This document shows positions 1 through 6,920 of a stretch of DNA of 48,680 nucleotides, piece after piece. A model generated the notes under the pieces. That model did not search any database. It worked only from the letters and a program-made list of their open reading frames with translations, and was not told where the DNA came from. The stretch's first letter is position 1, and the number at the start of each line of letters is the position of its first letter. The DNA lies in the NCBI GenBank assembly GCA_900299215.1, contig OMIY01000368.1, positions 1-48,680 on the forward strand. The letters run 5' to 3'. Position numbers and translations under genes: made by a program. Source of the stretch: a bacterium (GTDB taxonomy: Bacteria > Bdellovibrionota_B > Oligoflexia > Oligoflexales > CAIYRB01).

Positions 1-2106
1 CTGGATACCAAAGGCAAAGATGTTAACGTGCTTTCGGAACAGGTGCTCCGGGACTTCAACGACGTACTGGATAAACTCGAAAAGGATAATTCAACCGCTG
101 GCGTGGTGATCATTAGTGGCAAGAAGGACTTCATTGTTGGCGCAGACATAACCGAGATTAGCGCCATGAAGTCCTCGGAAATTGCTGCTGACGGCTCTCG
201 ACAAATGCAGGCCGTTCTACAAAAGTTGGCAGATCTTAAAGTGCCAACTGTAGCTGCTATCCATGGACAGGCATTAGGCGGTGGACTTGAATTAGCACTG
301 GCGTGCGACTGGCGCATTGCCACAACGGACAGTAGAACCAAGATTGGTTTGCCAGAAATTCAGCTAGGCTTGATTCCTGGAGGGGGTGGAACTCAGCGAC
401 TTCCGCGCCTTGTTGGCATTCAGGCGGCACTCGACATGATACTTACCGGCAAGCGACTTACGGCAAAAAAAGCCGAGAAAATTGGACTAGTTGATGCTGC
501 GGTTCCAAGTCAGATTTTGCGCGAAATCGCCGTCAAATATGCGCTTAAGACACGCGAGGCGCAGCACTCGACCCCAAATTTGAAGCCCGGTAAACTAGCC
601 AGCGACCTACCAAAATGGGCAACCGAAGGTAATTTACTTGGCCGAAAGTTAATCTATAAAAAAGCCAAGGAAATGGTTCAAAGTAAAACCCATGGCCATT
701 ACCCTGCGTCATTTAAGGCATTAGAGGCGGTTTTTGATGGTTTTGAGCTTTCACTAGCAGAAGGCTTGGAACTTGAGTCTGAACTCTTTGGTCAATTGGT
801 ACTGACTCGAGAGAGTCAAAGTCTAGTTCATTTGTTTCACGCAACCACCTCGCTTAAAAAACATCGGTATCGCGATGCGGGACGAGAGCACTTTGGGGAA
901 AGTAAGGTAGCAAGTATCGGCATTATGGGTGCCGGATTTATGGGTGCAGGTATCGCTACCGTTGCAATAGAACGAGGTATTCGCGTAAACCTTTCCGATC
1001 CCAACAAAGATGCGGTTGGTAGAGCATTGAAGCATGCCCGCGATTATTTTCAGAAAAAAGCGGATCGGCGACGCTTGAAACCGTTCGAGGTAGGCCAAAA
1101 ACTCGGGCATCTCTCTCCAGATTTGTCTCCAGTCGGATTCAATAGAACCGACGTAGTGATAGAGGCCGTTTTTGAAGACTTGCGCCTTAAACAAAAACTT
1201 CTAAAGCAGGTAGAGGACGTTGGGGGCGATAATTTTATCTTCGCCAGTAATACCTCTGCTCTGCCGATTTCGAAAATCGCCTCTGAGGCAAAGCACCCAG
1301 ATCGAGTGATCGGGATGCATTTTTTCTCTCCAGTTGAAAAAATGCCGCTACTTGAAATTGTCGTAACAGATAAAACGGCAGATTGGGTCACAGCTCGAGT
1401 TGTCGAGCTCGGACAGGACATGGGCAAGCAGGTAATTATAGTTAAGGATGGGCCTGGGTTCTACACAACAAGGGCTTTGTCTTTTCTTCTCAACGAAGGC
1501 TCTCTGATGCTTGAGGAGGGCGTGTCGATCGAAGCAATAGATACGGCGATGACAAAGTTTGGTTTCCCCGTTGGACCGATCGCTCTTATCGACGAGGTGG
1601 GGATCGATGTCGGCATCCACGTCTTGGATACAATTTCGAGCGCCTTCCCAAATAGATTGATTGCACCGAAAGGGTTGGCAGCCATAGCTGATAGTGGTCG
1701 TCTAGGCCGTAAAAACAACAAGGGCTTCTATATTTACGAGAATGGCAAAAAGAAAGAGCCAGATCCGACAATCGCTGAGCTAATTCCACCACCGGCTGGA
1801 GCCGAAAAACTAAGTGCCGATGATATCGTGGAGCGCTGCTTATTAGTTTTTGTCAACGAATCGGTCCGTTGCCTTGAAGAAGGTATCCTCACCAGCGCCT
1901 ATGACGGTGACGTCGGGGCGGTATTTGGACTGGGTTTTCCGCCATTCTGGGGCGGACCCTTCAAGTTTATTGATCATATTGGAGCTGAAGCCGTTGTTAA
2001 ACGCCTTAGAAAGTTAGAAGATCGGTACGGTGCTAGGTTCAAACCTGCAGAACTCATCATAAAGCAGGCTTCAACTGGTCAGCGTTTTTTCCCAGAAGAG
2101 CCTTAA
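1..2106 (+). CDS. fadJ: Fatty acid oxidation complex alpha subunit (enoyl-CoA hydratase / 3-hydroxyacyl-CoA dehydrogenase), FadJ-type; 5' end truncated by the window
   Basis: Frame is open from base 1 (LDTKGKDVNVLS). Crotonase motifs GGGLELALACD and GLPEIQLGLIPGGGG; Rossmann GAGFMGAGIA; HAD motif GMHFFSPVEKMPLLE. Confidence 0.9.
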   Translation: MDTKGKDVNVLSEQVLRDFNDVLDKLEKDNSTAGVVIISGKKDFIVGADITEISAMKSSEIAADGSRQMQAVLQKLADLKVPTVAAIHGQALGGGLELALACDWRIATTDSRTKIGLPEIQLGLIPGGGGTQRLPRLVGIQAALDMILTGKRLTAKKAEKIGLVDAAVPSQILREIAVKYALKTREAQHSTPNLKPGKLASDLPKWATEGNLLGRKLIYKKAKEMVQSKTHGHYPASFKALEAVFDGFELSLAEGLELESELFGQLVLTRESQSLVHLFHATTSLKKHRYRDAGREHFGESKVASIGIMGAGFMGAGIATVAIERGIRVNLSDPNKDAVGRALKHARDYFQKKADRRRLKPFEVGQKLGHLSPDLSPVGFNRTDVVIEAVFEDLRLKQKLLKQVEDVGGDNFIFASNTSALPISKIASEAKHPDRVIGMHFFSPVEKMPLLEIVVTDKTADWVTARVVELGQDMGKQVIIVKDGPGFYTTRALSFLLNEGSLMLEEGVSIEAIDTAMTKFGFPVGPIALIDEVGIDVGIHVLDTISSAFPNRLIAPKGLAAIADSGRLGRKNNKGFYIYENGKKKEPDPTIAELIPPPAGAEKLSADDIVERCLLVFVNESVRCLEEGILTSAYDGDVGAVFGLGFPPFWGGPFKFIDHIGAEAVVKRLRKLEDRYGARFKPAELIIKQASTGQRFFPEEP

Positions 2107-2127
2107 GGCTGTTTAGTTTCAGATTAG

Positions 2128-2167
2128 CGAAGTCGCGTTGATGATCAACGCGACTTCGTTTGTTTTT
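2128..2167 (+). terminator. Intrinsic terminator downstream of fadJ
   Basis: Perfect 14-bp inverted repeat CGAAGTCGCGTTGA-tga-TCAACGCGACTTCG (2128-2158) followed by TTTGTTTTT. Confidence 0.75.
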
Positions 2168-2702
2168 GAACTCGCCTAAACATCAAAACGATGACGGTTG
2201 AAGTAAGTATACCTACCAAGAAACCGCCCAAAACATCGCCCGGAAAGTGAACACCAAGGTAGACGCGACTAAATCCGACCAAGAGGCTAAGTACTAGAGA
2301 AACAGCTGCTGCAGATTTGAATCCCATCAAGGCCAATACAGTCGTCACTGCCATTCCGTTTGCTGCGTGATTGGAAGGAAATCCGTAATCGCTGCCGCAG
2401 AATTCCGGCACAAGGTGGATATCGCTTAGTTGTTTGCAAGGTCGAATCCTTGCAAAGGTCGGCTTCAACACTTGGTAAGCAAGAAGGTCAGTAACTGCTA
2501 AGCAAATACATGAAACCAGCACCACATGTTTGACCGCCGATTTAAATCTAAGAAGTGATAAGACAAAAATTATGGGCCCAACAATTAACCATGTGTACTT
2601 GTCTGACAATATGGCCATGACACGATCGAGCTGCGCTGAGGCAAGACCGGTATTCAAAAGGCGAAATAGGCTTTCGTCGAAAGCCTGTAGGTGATCCAAC
2701 AT
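2145..2702 (-). CDS. PAP2-family membrane phosphatase (undecaprenyl-PP / lipid phosphatase-like)
   Basis: PAP2 motifs KPTFARIRP, FPSNHA, SRVYLGVHFPGDV; several hydrophobic helices. Confidence 0.9.
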   Translation of the reverse strand: MLDHLQAFDESLFRLLNTGLASAQLDRVMAILSDKYTWLIVGPIIFVLSLLRFKSAVKHVVLVSCICLAVTDLLAYQVLKPTFARIRPCKQLSDIHLVPEFCGSDYGFPSNHAANGMAVTTVLALMGFKSAAAVSLVLSLLVGFSRVYLGVHFPGDVLGGFLVGILTSTVIVLMFRRVQKQTKSR

Positions 2703-2751
2703 GAACGAGTCCCAAGCAAGTCAGACCAGATCATACCCTTCGAATTGCCAC

Positions 2752-3213
2752 CTAAAAAGAGTAATCTCCAACAGGTTCAAACACCTTTTGGAAAAATTCT
2801 AGTCTCATCGGCTCATCAACGCGCTCAACGGGCAATGACTCTTGAGTGAAATCAAGGCGAGGACTAGCCATGCGGCCCATGACTCGAACCTTTTTGAATT
2901 TTATCGGAGCTCTTTCATTTTTTTCAGATCCACCCTTAGACCCAATCCCCTCACTTTGACCGTGCCCCATTGCGGGCGTGGGATCATGGTCTACCCTTTT
3001 TGGATCGGGTTGATTGATGGCAACTGCCTTGGCGCTGCTACGTTGACCATCGATCCGGAATAAGTTCGTTACGTCATTGGATTCTGCTTGCGAAATATCA
3101 CGATGACCTGATGCCCTGGCTCTTCGCCCATCGCCAGACACGACCCAGTAGAGGCCACGGCCAAAGACCAAAATAAATATAAAAACCGCAAATGTTACAG
3201 TTAGTAGGCGCAT
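2752..3213 (-). CDS. N-terminally anchored exported protein with a GltF/CglF-like C-terminal domain
   Basis: Hydrophobic N-terminus and low-complexity linker. C-terminal IKFKKVRVMGRMASPRLDF...EFFQKVFEPV...F resembles, by eye, the V-x-G-x3-P...F-x2-K pattern of myxobacterial GltF-like proteins. Adjacent to an Agl/Glt-like operon. Confidence 0.45.
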   Translation of the reverse strand: MRLLTVTFAVFIFILVFGRGLYWVVSGDGRRARASGHRDISQAESNDVTNLFRIDGQRSSAKAVAINQPDPKRVDHDPTPAMGHGQSEGIGSKGGSEKNERAPIKFKKVRVMGRMASPRLDFTQESLPVERVDEPMRLEFFQKVFEPVGDYSF

Positions 3214-3258
3214 TTTTACTCGCCGATATTGGAAGTATGAATCGACATATCCAATCCT

Positions 3259-3284
3259 TTCGGCATCTCAGCTCGGGAACTTAA
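3259..3284 (-). promoter_or_regulatory. Putative sigma28 (FliA/SigD-type) promoter for the 2752-3213 gene
   Basis: Minus strand reads TTAAG-ttcccgagctgagatg(16 nt)-CCGAA. Confidence 0.55.
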
Positions 3285-3306
3285 GGCGCGGCTCCATTTT
3301 ACCGAT
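3281..3306 (+). promoter_or_regulatory. Putative sigma28 (FliA/SigD-type) promoter for the FHA/HD-GYP gene
   Basis: TTAAG-gcgcggctccatttta(16 nt)-CCGAT, 44 nt upstream of ATG 3351. Confidence 0.55.
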
Positions 3307-3350
3307 CAGAGTAGAGCGAACAAGAGAGACCGAAGTAGATAAGGCCAAAG

Positions 3351-4958
3351 ATGCAGAGCGCGGTACTAATTATCGAGCGCGGACCCGAGCCTGGGAAGAG
3401 AGTTCCTCTGGCGCATTTCCCCGTTACAATTGGTCGCGATTCAGCAAATCAGATCGTGATTGATGATGAGGAAGTTTCGCGATTCCACTTGAGAATCAAG
3501 CGACGCGGTCGTCTCTTTATTTGTGAGGACCTTGAGTCACGAAACGGTACTTATATAAACGGAGATCGAGTTCTCAATTCGATTCTTCAGAACAATGACA
3601 AACTACTGGTCGGATCAACTGAGTTTCAATTCGTCACTTCAGAGCCAAATGTCCAACTTACAAACGAAATCACCAGTTTTGACATGATCATTACGGAAGA
3701 TTTGGGAATCAAAGGACCAATTGATTTAGGCAAGTCAGAGACTAGTCGAAAGTTTACACCGCAACGGCTAAATCAACTAGCTGTGATTAACCAATCATCA
3801 AACGACCACAAAACCATAAAAGAGATCTATGATTTACATAGCAACATCCTTGTCATCAACCAATTCGAAGAGGCGAGCAAAGCACTTCTAAAATCGATTG
3901 CCAAGCTTATGCCCTCCGCCGCAAAATCTGCGCTTTTCATGTGGAGCTCCGCAAGTCGTCACCTTATCCCTATTGCAACTCGCCACATGCGAAGAAAAAA
4001 GGAGTCTTTCGTCCTGAGTCAGCGGGCGTTCGAAGACGTCATCGCACGGAAGCAGGGAATCATACTTCCAGCTGACCTATCGCAGATCGATTTGAAGAAC
4101 GGAACGCAAAGAATAATATTGCCAATGGTTCATCAGGATGACCCCATTTGCATTTTGCATATCGAAACACTAAGCGGGAGTGATTCATCTCACCTTATGC
4201 GAGAGATAGAAGCGGCCCAGGCTCTAATTAGTCGCTGCGCCCCATCTTTCGAAAACCTTCTGCTCAAAAGAGAACTTGATGCTTGGATGGTAGGAATGAT
4301 TGAAACGATGGTCGCCACCATAGAGGCAAAAGACACGTACACTCACGGTCACTCGGAAAGAGTAAGCCGGTACTCAATCGCAATTGCTGATGAACTAAAA
4401 CTAAACAGGGAAATTAAAAGGCTTCTTCTCATAAGCGCACTTTGCCACGATATTGGCAAAATTGGCATTCCGGATGCAATCCTTAAGAAAGCCTCTATGT
4501 TAAGTGCAGAGGAGTATGAAGAAATGAAACTTCACCCAGCCATTGGCTCGGACATAGTTAGCCATATGCCTAACTCTCAACGGTTTATCTCAGGAGTTAA
4601 GCATCATCATGAAAAATGGGACGGCACTGGCTATCCAGATGGCCTGGTAGGCGAAGATATTCCATTTTTTGGGAGAATTGTTGGCATTGCTGATGTATTT
4701 GATGCAATGGTCTCTGGTCGAGCCTACTCTGGTTTCATCGATCAATCAGATGCAATTGAGCGAATTCAGGATGAAAAAGAACTTTTTGATCCAGAAATTC
4801 TAAAGGCCATGGTCCGGGCTCACGACCACGGTACACTTACACTTAAAACGAGCACTGCAAACAATGCGGTGGAAGAAAGCACGAACACAGGCGCAACTAA
4901 ATCCGCGGCTAGTCAGCTCAATCGCATAACGGTCACGCCGAAACCTAAACGCTCTTAG
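3351..4958 (+). CDS. FHA + GAF-like + HD-GYP cyclic-dinucleotide phosphodiesterase
   Basis: FHA motifs IGRD...VSRFH...DLESRNGTYING; HD-GYP motifs DTYTHGHSERV, HDIGK, HHHEKWDGTGYPDGL, ADVFDAM. The central region is GAF-like (inference). Confidence 0.9.
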   Translation: MQSAVLIIERGPEPGKRVPLAHFPVTIGRDSANQIVIDDEEVSRFHLRIKRRGRLFICEDLESRNGTYINGDRVLNSILQNNDKLLVGSTEFQFVTSEPNVQLTNEITSFDMIITEDLGIKGPIDLGKSETSRKFTPQRLNQLAVINQSSNDHKTIKEIYDLHSNILVINQFEEASKALLKSIAKLMPSAAKSALFMWSSASRHLIPIATRHMRRKKESFVLSQRAFEDVIARKQGIILPADLSQIDLKNGTQRIILPMVHQDDPICILHIETLSGSDSSHLMREIEAAQALISRCAPSFENLLLKRELDAWMVGMIETMVATIEAKDTYTHGHSERVSRYSIAIADELKLNREIKRLLLISALCHDIGKIGIPDAILKKASMLSAEEYEEMKLHPAIGSDIVSHMPNSQRFISGVKHHHEKWDGTGYPDGLVGEDIPFFGRIVGIADVFDAMVSGRAYSGFIDQSDAIERIQDEKELFDPEILKAMVRAHDHGTLTLKTSTANNAVEESTNTGATKSAASQLNRITVTPKPKRS

Positions 4959-4985
4959 TCGCAAGGCCGTTATCAACGCCACTCT

Positions 4986-5014
4986 TTGGGTATTCCCTCC
5001 GAATACGTTACAAT
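4986..5014 (+). promoter_or_regulatory. Possible sigma70 promoter for the motor genes
   Basis: TTGGGT-17 nt-TACAAT, upstream of RBS AGGAG (5028-5032) and ATG 5040. Confidence 0.35.
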
Positions 5015-5039
5015 AAAGAAAACTAATAGGAGCTATCCC

Positions 5040-5846
5040 ATGTGGACTGAGGTCGCGCGCAGCTTCCAGCTTGGAAACGGCTACATCCTCTCAATGCTCA
5101 TCATTGGATTCATAGCACTTGTCATCTTCTTTGAACGGGTGATCATGATCCAGGGAGTCTATAACATCAATTTTGGTAAATTCCTCAATAACCTTCGCAA
5201 AATGGTGTTGGCGGAAGACATTAATCGCGCCATAAGCCTTTGCCGCAACACATCGTCAACATCTTTGCCGAAAATTGCCTGTAAAGCCCTGGAAGCTGCT
5301 GATAGCGACCCCACCAGAGTTCGCGGTACGATTGAAGAAGAGGCTCTGGACTTTCTGCCCGCCATTGAGCGAAGAATTGGAGCACTGCCCGCACTGACCC
5401 TGATGATCATGCTCATTGGCATACTCGGTACCATCGATTCACTCTGGACCGCCTTTCAATCCGTCGACGTGCTCGATACAGCAAAAAAGCAGGCCACTAT
5501 TGCCCAGGGAATCGCCAGCTCACTATCACCAACAGCTCTTGGACTTTTGTTCGGCACCATTTTACTTGCTGGATATTATTTCCTAAAGGGAATCGCACTA
5601 AACTTAACAGAAGAAATGCATCACGGTGTGGCGGTTCTTTTTAACTTATTGGCCCCGAGAGACACAGTCTCTTACGTCCCTATCCCTGAAGTGAGCGAGT
5701 CCGCTCACCAACATCACTCCACCCCACAAGTTGCTCAGGCCGAGCAACATTCTTCTAGCAATCAAGCATCCACCGCTGCCAAACCAGAAGAGAACTTCGA
5801 TGACGCTTCTATCGAAGACATCAAGGACGAAGAAGAGATCATCTGA
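5040..5846 (+). CDS. MotA/TolQ/ExbB proton-channel family protein (AglR-like)
   Basis: Three TM segments; family motifs FFER, IGILGTIDSLWTAF, IAQGIASSLSPTALGL. Start placed at ATG 5040 after AGGAG; acidic C-terminal tail. Confidence 0.85.
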   Translation: MWTEVARSFQLGNGYILSMLIIGFIALVIFFERVIMIQGVYNINFGKFLNNLRKMVLAEDINRAISLCRNTSSTSLPKIACKALEAADSDPTRVRGTIEEEALDFLPAIERRIGALPALTLMIMLIGILGTIDSLWTAFQSVDVLDTAKKQATIAQGIASSLSPTALGLLFGTILLAGYYFLKGIALNLTEEMHHGVAVLFNLLAPRDTVSYVPIPEVSESAHQHHSTPQVAQAEQHSSSNQASTAAKPEENFDDASIEDIKDEEEII

Positions 5847-6354
5847 TGAGCAGTGGCTCTTCCGAGCTCTGGGTATCAGCATATTCGCTTTATTCGTTAT
5901 AATCACCGCTAGCCTACGTGTAGTAACACTTTCTGCACGATATGGGATTGTGCCTTTAGAAATTCCAGTAGTTCAGAGTCAGGTTCCCGATCCAAGATTT
6001 CATCAGTTCCAAGAATTCAGCAAAGACAGCCTAACAAACAACACTACGGCAGTTGTCGTAACGACTGAGGCCTTCTATTTCGGTGATCTAGGGGCGTTTT
6101 CGACAGAGTTTTCGGCCTCGTCAGATAAGTACACTGTTCCACATAAGGATGGGGTTCCCCAATTGAGACGACTGATCCAAGAACTCGACGTTTGGGTCAA
6201 AAGTCGCTCTAAAAGTGCGAACATTCCCTTAACTCCAGTTCTTGTGATGATCCCCTCAGGGGATATTCCTATGCCAATACTTATTCAGGTCGTTGCAGAA
6301 CTTAGGTCCTCATCAATATTTAAGCGCGTGATTTTAAGCAGTGGGATGAGTTGA
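5800..6354 (+). CDS. Divergent ExbD/TolR-like (AglS/AglQ-like) single-pass protein
   Basis: Basic N-terminus, one TM (WLFRALGISIFALFVIITASL) and ExbD-like C-terminus VLVMIPSGDIPMPILIQVVAEL. Directly follows the MotA/TolQ gene; start placed at in-frame ATG 5800. Confidence 0.55.
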   Translation: MTLLSKTSRTKKRSSDEQWLFRALGISIFALFVIITASLRVVTLSARYGIVPLEIPVVQSQVPDPRFHQFQEFSKDSLTNNTTAVVVTTEAFYFGDLGAFSTEFSASSDKYTVPHKDGVPQLRRLIQELDVWVKSRSKSANIPLTPVLVMIPSGDIPMPILIQVVAELRSSSIFKRVILSSGMS

Positions 6355-6920
6355 TGACTTCAGAGCTTGGCACCGAAAATTATTGGTCAAGCCGCTATGA
6401 GTCAGTTACACAGCGGCTTAAGAAGCCTATTTGGTGGTTTCCTTACCCGTGTCTGATAACGTTTGGCCTTCAACTCCTACTTACCGCACACATCTTGTTT
6501 TCGACCAATCCACGCATCGGTCAACCAGCAGAGGTGATTAGATATCCTTCGACCCCAACGAGAGACTCCGCCATCTGGCTAAGTATTACTACCAAAGATA
6601 AACAAACGATAATCTCTACCAACGACAGAAGAGTTTTTAAATGGCGATCAAACCTCAGATCAACTGAAGATTTGAAGGATTTCACGTTGTATCTGCGACG
6701 TAGAATGGTCGAGGAAATTCAAACTGCGTCGTTAGTTCAACGGGCTATGCGATCTCAAACAAGAGTGGTTTTGGCGGCTGATCAGGGGTTGAAGTATAAC
6801 GATATTAAGCCCATCATTTTCGCCCTAGCGCAAGCCGGAATCAGTAGCTACGCATTCGAAACTTTAAACCCTGTCGTCGCAATCTCAGAGGATCACAAGA
6901 TCCATGGAGAGTTGCGATGA
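6351..6920 (+). CDS. ExbD/TolR family protein (AglQ/AglS-like)
   Basis: One TM plus the typical ExbD C-terminus VVLAADQGLKYNDIKPIIFALAQAGISSYAF; overlapped junctions on both sides. Confidence 0.75.
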   Translation: MMTSELGTENYWSSRYESVTQRLKKPIWWFPYPCLITFGLQLLLTAHILFSTNPRIGQPAEVIRYPSTPTRDSAIWLSITTKDKQTIISTNDRRVFKWRSNLRSTEDLKDFTLYLRRRMVEEIQTASLVQRAMRSQTRVVLAADQGLKYNDIKPIIFALAQAGISSYAFETLNPVVAISEDHKIHGELR

